A stretch of DNA of 64,000 bases from Eledone cirrhosa (taxonomy: Eukaryota), in assembly GCA_964016885.1 (NCBI GenBank), contig OZ024747.1, forward strand, positions 63,178,001-63,242,000, written 5' to 3'. Both the position numbers and the translations under genes were made by a program. This document shows positions 1-11,265 of the stretch, one piece after another. Position 1 is the stretch's first letter. Each line of letters opens with the position of its first letter. The notes under the pieces are model-generated. The model made no database searches. It worked only from the letters and a program-made list of their open reading frames with translations, and was not told where the DNA came from.

Positions 1-374
1 TAAATATATGGAATGGCATACTCATGTGGATTCTGTTAGTATATGTGGTGAGAGTTAAGCTCTGTAGGGCAAGTGATTAACCATTAAGATGAGGTGATTA
101 TAATCCAAGCCAGGATTAATTTAAACCATCTTAGATAGCCTTTACACTTATCAAGGCATTTCGTTCAATTGGGTTTGTTTGGGTCAGAGGAGTGGCAAGA
201 GTTAATAGGAAAGGTGATAATCTTAGCTAATTTAAGCTACCTTGGGTGGTTTTTACACTTATCAAAGAGCTTCTTCTACTGGGTTCTCCTTGGCTCGGAG
301 TTAAGGCAAGGCTAATACATATACTAACACAATAATGAATGTACATACATATATTTAAACATTAATGTACATAT

Positions 375-716
375 CTGAATGGTTAAGCAGTTTGCTTTGG
401 AATCATTAGGTCCAAGATTCAGTTCCCCTACATGGCATCTTGAGCAAGTGGCACTCACCATAACATCTGGTCGACCTGTGACTTGTGAGTGAAATTTGGT
501 AAGAATGAAACTGTTTGGAAGCTTGTTGGTTGGACTGTACATGCAATTAAAAGGGCCAGCTTTGTCCCCAAATTTTGTCACATTGAATCTCTCTGAGATT
601 GAAAATAAGAGTGCACATACTTGTAGAATGTTCAAACACTTGCATGTTAATCTTATGAGCAGGCTGTCCTGATGATTGAACAATTGAAACACTCATCGTT
701 GGAACTGATGGAAGTG
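375..716 (+). mobile_element. Degenerate tRNA-derived SINE head followed by the body of a second SINE family
   Basis: A-box-like TGGTTAAG, B-box-like TTCAGTTCC, CORE-like CTTGAGCAAGTG; 550-716 is similar to 49733-49875 and 59790-59960. Confidence 0.6.
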
Positions 717-816
717 TATTGAAATATATAAACATACATATATGTATATATATATATATACCTACACATTAATACAAACACATACATTTCTATACATTAA
801 TACACACACACACACA

Positions 817-2140
817 CAGAAACCTACTATTTGATACAGACTTACACATTTCTATACATGAATACACGCACACATAAACCTACTATTTTATACAGACTTA
901 CACATCTACACATTGATACACACACATATAAATATATGTATGTGTATACAGACTTACACATTTATACACGCACACACAGACCTACTATTTCATACAGACT
1001 TACACATCTACACATTGATACACGCACACATAAATATATGTATGTGTATACAGACTTACACATTTATACACGCACACACAGACCTACTATTTCATACAGA
1101 CTTACACGTCTACACATTGATACACGCACACATAAATATATGTATGTGTATACAGACTTACACATTTATACACGCACACACAGACCTACTATTTCATACA
1201 GACTTACACGTCTACACATTGATACACGCACACATAAATATATGTATGTGTATACAGACTTACACATTTATACACGCACACACAGACCTACTATTTCATA
1301 CAGACTTACACGTCTACACATTGATACACGCACACATAAATATATGTATGTGTATACAGACGTACACATTTATACACGCACACACAGACCTACTATTTCA
1401 TACAGACTTACACGTCTACACATTGATACACGCACACATAAATATATGTATGTGTATACAGACTTACACATTTATACACGCACACACAGACCTACTATTT
1501 CATACAGACTTACACATCTACACATTGATACATGCACACATAAATATATGTATGTGTATACAGACTTACACATTTATACACGCACACACAGACCTACTAT
1601 TTCATACAGACTTACACATCTACACATTTATACACGCACACACAGACCTACTATTTCATACAGACTTACACGTCTACACATTGATACACGCACACATAAA
1701 TATATGTATGTGTATACAGACTTACACATTTATACACGCACACACAGACCTACTATTTCATACAGACTTACACATCTACACATTGATACATGCACACATA
1801 AATATATGTATGTGTATACAGACTTACACATTTATACACGCACACACAGACCTACTATTTCATACAGACTTACACATCTACACATTTATACACGCACACA
1901 CAGACCTACTATTTCATACAGACTTACACGTCTACACATTGATACACGCACACATAAATATATGTATGTGTATACAGACGTACACATTTATACACGCACA
2001 CACAGACCTACTATTTCATACAGACTTACACATCTACACATTTATACACGCACACACAGACCTACTATTTCATACAGACTTACACGTCTACACATTGATA
2101 CACGCACACATAAATATATGCATGTGCATGCAACACACGT
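817..2140. repeat. Minisatellite, 102-bp unit with 54-bp deletion variants and a 258-bp higher-order period
   Basis: CATACAGACTTACAC... starts at 991, 1093, 1195 (102-bp spacing); 54-bp units at 1603, 1861, 2017; the 'catgcac' variant recurs at 1501 and 1759. Confidence 0.95.
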
Positions 2141-2473
2141 ACAAAGTAATGTATAATGCATTCTTTGTTAGTAATGAAAAAATATTCTTTCTAGTGAAAA
2201 TGATTAAAGACCTCCCTCCCCTCTCTCTCTACACACACACACACACACACATCCTATGTAGAGTAGCCATTGTAAGAATAATAGCACAGCGTTAATTCCT
2301 TGTACAGAGGATACAATGGTTTCACTAATATACATTCTATATGTTCCACTCCTTATTGTTCAATGTTTCAAAATCTATTGACCTCGAGTCTACCCTTATT
2401 GTTTTACACAGAATCTCTGTGAATGGAAGCATAATTAGATTTGGATAGAGGAATTAAAAAAGAATCTGTACTT

Positions 2474-2496
2474 CTGTGTGTGTGATGGTGAGTATG

Positions 2497-2586
<90 letters not shown>

Positions 2587-2717
2587 CACACACATATAAC
2601 ACACACATATACATATATATATATATATGTATATATATGCATTATATATATATATATATATATGCATTATATATATATATATATATATATGCATTATATA
2701 TATATATATATGCATTA

Positions 2718-2755
<38 letters not shown>

Positions 2756-2760
2756 TGCAT

Positions 2761-2796
<36 letters not shown>

Positions 2797-2804
2797 CATA
2801 TATA

Positions 2805-2846
<42 letters not shown>

Positions 2847-2874
2847 CATATATATATGCATTATATATATATAC

Positions 2875-2906
<32 letters not shown>

Positions 2907-2922
2907 GTGTATATATATGCAT

Positions 2923-2955
<33 letters not shown>

Positions 2956-2982
2956 GTATGTTATATATACATATATATGCAT

Positions 2983-3034
<52 letters not shown>

Positions 3035-3080
3035 TTATATATACATATATATATTATATATATATATATATAATAATAAT
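2474..3080. repeat. Compound (TA)n microsatellite punctuated by TGCAT and CA
   Basis: Direct reading; source of the YI-repeat ORFs. Confidence 0.95.
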
Positions 3081-3089
3081 AGTGAAAAA

Positions 3090-3200
3090 TATTGTGTACA
3101 GTGCTCAGGTGCACTACAACTCATCAAAAGGGTAATGTAGAAACATCAGGAAAATGAACAGTGCATCAGTCATGATATACAGATGTGTGCATGTATATAT
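3090..3200 (-). mobile_element. CR1/L2-clade LINE 3' UTR fragment
   Basis: TTGTGTACAGTGCTCAGGTGCACTACAA is the reverse complement of the tail at 55869-55897. Confidence 0.75.
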
Positions 3201-3300
3201 ACATATATATATATATTATATATGTTTTATATATATATATATATTTCGTTTCTGAATTTGTTTAGCAAGATTCTTTATCTGAAAACGTGGGTTGAAACCG

Positions 3301-3524
3301 ATATTGTTATACTTTGGTAGGGTCATGTTGCCAATAAGAAACACATGCACCACTTGCTTTCATTTCAATTTATTATAAATTTTATAAATTTTCGGTTGGC
3401 TGGTTGGTTCCACAACCGGAAATTTATAAAATTATATTCATAAAATTTATAATAAATTGAAATGAAAGCAACTGGTGCGTGTGTTTCTTATTGGCAACAT
3501 GACCCTGCCAAAGTATAACAATAT
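3301..3524. repeat. Long inverted repeat (fold-back), arms ~85-100 bp
   Basis: 3301-3385 is a near-perfect reverse complement of 3440-3524; inner pairing TTTCGGTTG/CAACCGGAAA. Confidence 0.9.
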
Positions 3525-3534
3525 ATATATATAT

Positions 3535-3883
3535 GGAGGCACATGGCTTAGTGGTTAGAGCATTGGCCTTGCAATCGAAAGGTTGTGAGTTCAATTCTCA
3601 GACCGGGTGATGTGTTGCTTCCTTGAGCAAGACACTTTATTTCACATTGCTCCAGTTTACTTAGCTGTAGAAATGAGGTGATAGGGACTGAGGTCCATAT
3701 CATTCCACTGTAAAGTGGTCGTGGAGGTGCCACGGTAAAAAAGCACCCAGCACTCACTGTAAATGAGGTTGGTGTTAGGAAGGGCATCAAGCTGTAGAAA
3801 TCAAGCCAGAATCAGTTCCCATCCCACCCTTGCAAGCAGGGAAAAGCGGACGTAAAATGATGATGATGAAAGATGAGGATGAT
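3535..3883 (+). mobile_element. tRNA-headed SINE (CORE/V-like centre) joined to an RTE-type bipartite tail
   Basis: TGGCTTAGTGG A box, GTTCAATTC B box, CCTTGAGCAAGACACTT, then GGTTGGTGTTAGGAAGGGCATC and a tail matching the RTE end at 59480-59531, ending (GAT)n. Confidence 0.8.
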
Positions 3884-3992
3884 ATATATATATATATATA
3901 TATATATTATACTTATATATATACACATATATATATTATATATATATATATTATATATATATATATATAAATATATATATATATACACATAT

Positions 3993-4790
3993 ATCATCAC
4001 CGTTTTACGTCCGTTCTTCCACGCTAGCATGGGTTAGACGGGTTGTCCTGTTGTGGGCAGTGTCTGGTCGGCTGACCATGCCTTGCTCATACAGGAACTG
4101 ATCTGGCTTGATTTCTACAGCTGGATGCCCTTCCTAACACCAACCTCATTTACAGTGAGTGCTGGGTGCTTTTTCGTGGCGCCTACACGTCCACTTTACA
4201 GTGTGGGCTGGGTGCTTTTTTGCCGTGGCACCTCCACGACCACCTTGCGGTGGGGGGGGGGGGGGGCATATTGTTTATATGCTTCAGCATGTACCCATGG
4301 GAGGTCGGGTACCCTGTATTACTGCGTGACGCCAGAAGTCACGGTCGTGTGTCATTGACTTTGAGAGGTGTAGTTGGGTAAGGTCGGCTTATATTTATTT
4401 CACGTTGCTCCTTCTACCTGTTTCCTCGGTCCGATTTGACGAAAGTCGATCGATATATATATACACACACACATCATCATCAACGTTTTACGCTAGCATG
4501 GGTTAGACAGGTTGTCCTGTTGTGGCCAGTGTCCGGTTGGGTGGCCTTGTCTTGCTCATACGGGAACTGATTCTGGCTTGATTTCTACAGCTGGATGCCC
4601 TTCCTAACACCAACCTCATTTACAGTGTGGGCTGGGTGCTTTTTTGCCGTGGCACCTCCACAACCACTTTGCAGTGGGAAAGGGTGGGGAATATTGTCTA
4701 TATGCTTCAGCTTCGGCTTGTACCCATGGGAAGTCAGGTCTTCTGTATTACTGCGTGACACCAGAGGTCATGGTCTGTTGTGGTAGATGT
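3993..4790 (-). mobile_element. Two tandem copies of an RTE-tailed non-autonomous element
   Basis: 3993-4340 and 4473-4775 align; both contain CTGGATGCCCTTCCTAACACCAACC and begin with (CAT)n...GCTAGCATGGGTTAGAC. Confidence 0.8.
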
Positions 4791-4842
4791 TGGATACACA
4801 TATACATTATATATATACACATATATATATTATATACATACA

Positions 4843-4883
<41 letters not shown>

Positions 4884-5079
4884 TATATTATATACATACA
4901 TATATATTATATATATATATTATATATATAGACCTGTTTGTGTGCTTACACATGATATGGGTTTGTATAAGATTGTATAAGTAAGAATATGTGGATGACT
5001 TTAAATATGTATGTGTAAATCTAAATGAATATGTATCATTATCTTCCTTTTTTAACAATTGTATGAATATATATATAAA

Positions 5080-5172
5080 TAGAGTACCCTTCAAATGTAT
5101 ACACATATTTATTAGAATGCCTTTGAAGTGTGTATACATTTTTGGTGGACATCCTCCATATACACACACAGT

Positions 5173-5212
<40 letters not shown>

Positions 5213-5286
5213 GGGTGTCCCCAAAATGTATACACATAGTTATTAGAATGCTGTTGAAGTGTGTCTATATTTTTTGGGACATCCTC
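5080..5286. mobile_element. Two ~80-bp Tc1/mariner-type mini-MITE hairpins in tandem
   Basis: TAGGGTGTCCCCAAAATGTATACACA...TGTGTCTATATTTTTTGGGACATCCTC flanked by TA (5211-5286); diverged copy at 5080-5158. Confidence 0.65.
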
Positions 5287-5446
5287 TACACACACACACA
5301 ATTGTATGTGTGTTTGTGTGTATGTGTGTTTGTGTGTATGTGTGTTTGTGTGTATGTGTGTGCGTGTGTGTGTGTGTATATATATACATACATATATATG
5401 TACATAGATATATATATATACATACATATGTATATATATACATACG

Positions 5447-5490
<44 letters not shown>

Positions 5491-7008
5491 CAGAGGCCAT
5501 CTATACTAACACGTAAAGGATGTAAATGATGATGATGATGATGGTGACTGTGTTGGTGATGATGATGATGATGATGATGATGATATGTGTGTGTGCTCAC
5601 AGATGCACACTGCTTGTACTGTTTCAGGAAGAGATTTCATTTATGACTATAATTCATTTGAATATAGTGTATATAGTTGAACTTAATGATTTGAAATCAT
5701 TCATAAAACTCTTCTACAGCATTTGTTGATATCTGGGGAAATTATCAAAGACAAAGTTCAAAGAGGAATAGCAAGATATATACTTAGATTTAAATATAAC
5801 AAGGCATGATGGAATTACTAAACATTTGAAAGGCTGCCTTTTCCTGCTAGTATAACTAATATACATGTTTAAAGTGTATTTTATATTGCCTCTATTGAAC
5901 CTAATTTGTCTGGTTTTGAAGTAGTTTGTATGATAGTTCATATGTTATATCACTAATTAGCATTGATTAGACAAATAAGTAGTGTAATTATTGGCTCCCT
6001 AGTACTGGTGTCATGACAGAATTCTGCCCAACCCACTCAGTATAATGGTAGTGCTGATGCCTCAGTTAAAAGCACCCAGTCTGAAGAGTAAGGTGGTAGT
6101 GTTAGTGCAATGAAAAAATGCAACCTGTTTGCAGAGTAAGGTTATTTTCAAATTAAAATGAAAATTATAAGCCATATCTTTCATTAGAAATATAATAACG
6201 AAAGGGTTAAAATGGCATTCAGATGGGGCTCGTGAAATGCTTGAATGATTGATTTTTTGACCCCCAGTTACACCTCAAAATGACAGAAAATATTTAAGAA
6301 TTTTCAGGACAAATATCTAAGACTCTATCAAGGGGAAAACCTGGAGGAGAAAAATATTACATGGAAGTACACTTGTAGAATTTCTAATAACTAACAGAAT
6401 CTTTTGATCATTGCTTAGATTGAAATTAAAGTTATTTATTGCTGTCATTTGAAAGAGAATTTCATGAAAGAGCAGGAATCATTGATTCCAGGAAGGGATT
6501 CTATTAATTTTTGTTTAGCCAAAGATTCTTTTCACTATTAAATTCCAGATTTTATCAATTTTCTTCATAAACAAGACATACAACAAAATCAACGTCAAGG
6601 GTTTTAGAATCAGATGAAATTGGTAAAATAGGTTCAAGGCTATCACTGTTTAGTAGCATGTCATTCCAGTTGAAAAGAATTCTCTGTGGCTAGTAATTTT
6701 TAATTCAATATTCTTTTACTGGTTTTCAGCCATTAGACTGTGATCCTGCTGAGTGACTGCTTTGAAAGCATTTAGTCAATCACATTGAACTCAAGTACTG
6801 GTACTTATTTTATTGATGTCATTTTATCAAACTGCTAAGTTACAGGACAAACAACAAAGATATATGCACACATCAAATTTTCCTTAGGGGGTGCAACTGT
6901 TATAGCTATTGCACATTTTAGTAATATTTCGAAGAAGGGGCGAGTGTGCAGTAATGTGATTAGACGCTGATTGTTATGTTTGATGGCAGGTTATGTTTAG
7001 GTATATAA

Positions 7009-7402
7009 TAATAATAATTGTTTCTACTGTTGGCACAAAGCCAGCAATTATTCCAGTGTATTACTGGTACTTTATTTTATCGATCCCGTAAGAACGAAAG
7101 GCAACATTAACCTTGGCGGGATCAGAACTCAGACCATAAAGGGGCATAACTCTATGCTGCAAAGCATGGCATCCGACCCTCTGCTGATACTGTCAATCCA
7201 CCTGCCTATAATAATAATAATTGTTTCTACTTTAGGCACAAGGCCAGCAATTACCCAGTGCATTACTGGTACTTTATTTTATCGACCCCGTAAGGATGAA
7301 AGGCAAAGTCAACCTCGGCGGGATTTGAACTCAGATCGTAAAGGGACGTAACCATGCTGGAAAGCATGGCGTCCGACCCTCTACCGATACTGCCAATCCA
7401 CA
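7009..7402 (-). mobile_element. Two tandem Nin/Deu-domain-like tRNA SINEs
   Basis: Reverse complement of GGATTGGCAGTATCGG...GTTCAAATCC...GCCTTTCATCCTTACGGGGTCGATAAAATAAAGTACCAG...GTAGAAACAATT; copies at 7009-7206 and 7210-7402. Confidence 0.9.
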
Positions 7403-7403
7403 T

Positions 7404-7515
7404 GATAATAATTGTGTACAGTGCTCAGGTGCACTACAACTCATCAAAGGTGCATGTATAATACATAGAATAATGTACAAATGTCAGGAAATTGAATCGT
7501 GTATGAACATGTGTG
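7404..7515 (-). mobile_element. CR1/L2-clade LINE 3' UTR fragment
   Basis: Same tail as 55800-55915, inverted. Confidence 0.75.
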
Positions 7516-7589
7516 CTTCCATTTGAGGATAGATTTAGTTTGGAGTAACTTTGATTGTGTTTATGTCTAAGCAATTAAGTCATAGTTAT

Positions 7590-7762
7590 GTGTATATGAT
7601 GGGCTTCTACACAGGATCTGTCTGCCAAATTCTTTTTACAAGATATTGGTCAATCCAAAGCTATAGCAGAAGACACTTGCCCAGGGTGCCATGCAGTGGA
7701 ATGGAATCTGAGACCAAGCCTTTGTGAAACAAACTCCTTAAGCACACAGCCATGTCTGCCCC
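7590..7762 (-). mobile_element. tRNA/CORE-like SINE (octopus OR/OK-like)
   Basis: Reverse reads TGGCTGTGTGCTTAAG...GGCACCCTGGGCAAGTGTCTTCTGCTATAGC...GGCAGACAGA; relatives at 11425-11570 (-), 12745-12890 (+), 50742-50910 (+). Confidence 0.7.
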
Positions 7763-8728
7763 ATATATTTTAGGTTATCACTATAAAGCAATCTGTTGAT
7801 AAAAGTGAATTTGCCTTTATTGTAGCTGGTTGATATATATCTATATTATATATATCTAATATATTTATAATATATGAAATATTTGTGTTCTTGGATTGGA
7901 TTCTATGGCTGGGTGTCCTTCCTATTGATAACTGCTTTACAGACTGTACTGAGTGCATCTTATTCTGACACCAGCACTAAAGAGGTTTTCATGTTCTTCA
8001 CACAACTGAAAAGTCTTCTCAACGTTATGTTGTTTCTGTCTGATTGCCAACCAATTTACAGAGTGTACTGGGTGTATTTTATTGTGGTACTAGCACTAGA
8101 GAAGTTGTCATATTCTCGGTGTAAGAGAAGAATCCTCTGTACCCTCTTTAAACATTCTTTTAAAATTCAATTTTTCTTTAGTTGAGATATGCTTAGCACT
8201 TGTGTAACCTGAATGAGGTTATCCTTCTCTTGACTGATGCTTATTGTTGTTGAATTCTATGGCGTTACCTATATTTTTATGAACAACAAATTCATAGTTT
8301 TGACAGATGTAAATGGAATGTCATTGGAATAGGAAGCTGGAATCAATCATTTATAATTCCTGTTATTTTCTAACCTGAAATAATCAATAATTAGATAGAA
8401 TCGAACATTTTGTAGTGAAAAGTTATATTTTTTGGCCCCAATTGTAACACATTGGGGATCTCTTACTATTTTAAATATATTGGTGAAAACATGGACTGGA
8501 TGGCATGTTGCATTCATGAGACGTTTCATTCCATATTACTTTTCATGACAGGACTAGGGCACCTATCATTAAAATACCTCTGAGAAACCTCTATAAGATT
8601 TAAGCTGTGAGGAAGTGAGTTAACATTTTCATGACTGCATTTATAATGAAATACACTGTATTTTAATTAATTAAAGAAGACTTTTGAGGGATTTACTAAA
8701 ATTATTAATTATTTCATTACTAAGATAG

Positions 8729-8872
8729 TAACATATTGGTACCCCAGATAACGTATTAATATATTGGTACCCCAGTTAATATAGTAATATATTAGTACCA
8801 CAGCTAATGTTGTAACATATTGGTACCTCAGCTAATGTATTAATGGACTGGCACCACAACTAATGTATTGGT
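8729..8872. repeat. Degenerate ~28-bp tandem repeat, about 5 copies
   Basis: TAACATATTGGTACCCCAGATAACGTAT-like units. Confidence 0.8.
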
Positions 8873-10311
8873 ACAGTGATATTTGTTTACTCTCAAACAA
8901 ATATCCTGCTGCTCAATGGTTAGCTGGGCAAAATTCTGTATCTTATTTAAAAAACAAAAACATTGTTGGCATCAGGAAGGGCATCTGGCAGCAGAATTCT
9001 ACCTCAAAATGTTTCATTCAATCCATGCCATCATGGAAAATTGAATGTAAAACAAGATGATGATACACCTAGAATATATGTTTGCAGCAGCAGCAGCAGC
9101 ACTCTCCCATATGTCATAGTAGTACTCTGTTTTGTATCTCATTTGAGTTTTGTAGAGGATTAATGAATGTATATTAGGGGCCGGACTGAAATCCAGTTTT
9201 TTTTATGCAGATTTGACTTCACTAAGGATGTGCATTCACCAGGAAAAATCCTAAGCAATGATGAGACTTAGTACTTGCAATGAGCTTGAGGGTTGTTGTT
9301 TTGTGTTGTTCAAGTTAAGTCAGTGAGAGCCCAGACACATATTAGTAAGGGCATCTGGCCATAGAAGCCATACCAAATTAGGGAAGATATGAGCATGGTA
9401 TGGTATCTTACCTCTCTAGTCTCAGAATATGTCAACCCACCAAACCCTTGCCAGCATAGAGAATGATCATAGAATTATGATGATGATGAAAACTAAAGGA
9501 TATTGAATTAAGTTAAAGGAGAAAGTCATTACCTATTTTTACAAGTGAAATACTCTATCAAGATCTATTTCTTAATTTCCTGTTCTTATCACATAATTAC
9601 TCCTTCATACATATGGCTTTGAATCTAATTAGCTATAATTGATCACAATATAAAACAAGACATCTTTTCTGTTGTAAATTGTTATATATTCTTATATAAA
9701 GTGATTTTATCATTTTATGTTGTGTTCTTTTTGGATTAATTGCCCTTTCAATAAAATTAAAGTATGAAATGTACAATATATATATGGCATGCCATAGTTA
9801 ATAATATATTGGGCTAGTCAGTGACTTGGGAGTGAGTTTAGATAGACAGAAACTGCATAGAATGCATACATACAGATAAACATAAAAATACACACATATG
9901 TTTGCATCCAATGATGTAGGCCAGTTCTACTTTTTGGGTAAATGCATTCAATGTTCAGAGAGTGGGATTGGCCCCATGCAAAGCCTTTCCTCACTTAAAA
10001 AAGCTTCAAGTACAGGCATAGCTTGATATGTGACATTTTTGGTGATGCATGGCATTGCTGGCCATAGGCAAGTCCCTAGCAGGTCTAAAAAGCCATGTCC
10101 GTGATGTTCATATTTAAGTGTCAATTGATGGCATTACACAAAATCGAGTTGCAGCCATTATGTATGTATGTCTACCTTTATAATTTAATTTAAGATACCT
10201 TCGTAATTTTCTTCAGATTCTGTGCCTTTGTATTACAGTATTTTCTCCTACCTTTTATAACTATGCTTAAAGCAACCTCTTACATGTTTTACTGAGAAAA
10301 TCTTTTTACAG

Positions 10312-10556
10312 AATATTTCTGCAGCTGTATATATTTACACTACAAACGTAGAATTGAAAGTGTGTATAAAACACAACAAAACACTGCTTTGTGGTTTCTG
10401 GTATTTTTAAAACATCCCGTTGGAAATTCTTCAACTCTTTAATTGCTAATTCCATTGAGAGTTGATTTATATAAACGATAGAAATAATTATTATCAATGG
10501 ATTCCATCAAACACAGGGGAATCGATGCCAGCCACAAAGGCTTCACATATTAGCAG
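10312..10556 (+). other. Candidate upstream (5' UTR/uORF) exon
   Basis: Non-repetitive sequence after TCTTTTTACAG; possible donors CAG|GTTTTT (10557) or ACA|GTAAGG (10578); ATG at 10497 gives an 18-codon ORF. Confidence 0.25.
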
Positions 10557-11114
10557 GTTTTTTTGTGTTGTTCAACAGTAAGGGCAGTTGCCAAACAATT
10601 CTTCCCCAAAGGCTATCAATTCACTCATTAATGACTCATATTGATTGATTTTATTTATTTATTTATTTATATTTGCTTGTTTACACTTTCTGGTTTTGAA
10701 TCTGCTTTTAAGGCAGATTTTATACTTTTTTAACAGATTTTTTGGGGGGGAATATTGATTACATGACATCTACTGACAACCTTATCATGGGTTAAGGCTT
10801 TAAAGTCTCTTGATAAAAATTAATAACATTTGAAATCCTGTGGGACAGTTCTCTATGTGTATCTGTAAGTTTTTCTACCACCTGAAGATGATTTTATTTC
10901 AAGGTAATGCTAGATTTAAAAGAAAAATAGCATCCATTATACTTTGATGAATAAGTTAATTGTGAACAGAAAATATTTAATGAATTAATGTTATACAACA
11001 ATGTCGAGAAGATAATGTTTAGCAATAATTATGCAAATGAATAATTCTAATTAAAAAATTTATATATTTTAATGAATAAAACCCAAAATTTTTAACTTAT
11101 TTAATTTTTAAGTG

Positions 11115-11265
11115 GCTTTCTTAGCTTGGTTGGTCTCTCTTGGGAACCCAGCTGGATCAGTTGGAGATGGTTGAAACTTCTGACAGGACCTGCTGGAAGG
11201 AGTGTTTGAGGACTCTTCCCCCACAACTCTCTCAGAAATAAGTGTGCGAAGAAGAAGAAAGAGGA
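11115..11265 (+). mobile_element. RTE-like LINE (family 2) 3' end fragment
   Basis: CTGACAGGACC...GGAAGGAGTGTTTGAGGACTCTTCCCCC shared with 25790-26152 and 52675-52925; (GAA)n tail. Confidence 0.75.

Noticed and set aside
2404-3140. Long YI/IY ORFs, and similar ORFs at 4888-5600, 21192-21566, 29280-29995, 33445-34441, 52012-52402
   Set aside because: Translations of microsatellites; no splice or compositional support
3535-3610. tRNA gene (also other A/B-box heads)
   Set aside because: No acceptor stem or cloverleaf; continues directly into a SINE body
5628-6380. Possible exons after TTTCAG (5627), CTACAG (5719) and TTTCAG (6307)
   Set aside because: Frames close quickly or lack a good donor; no recognisable product
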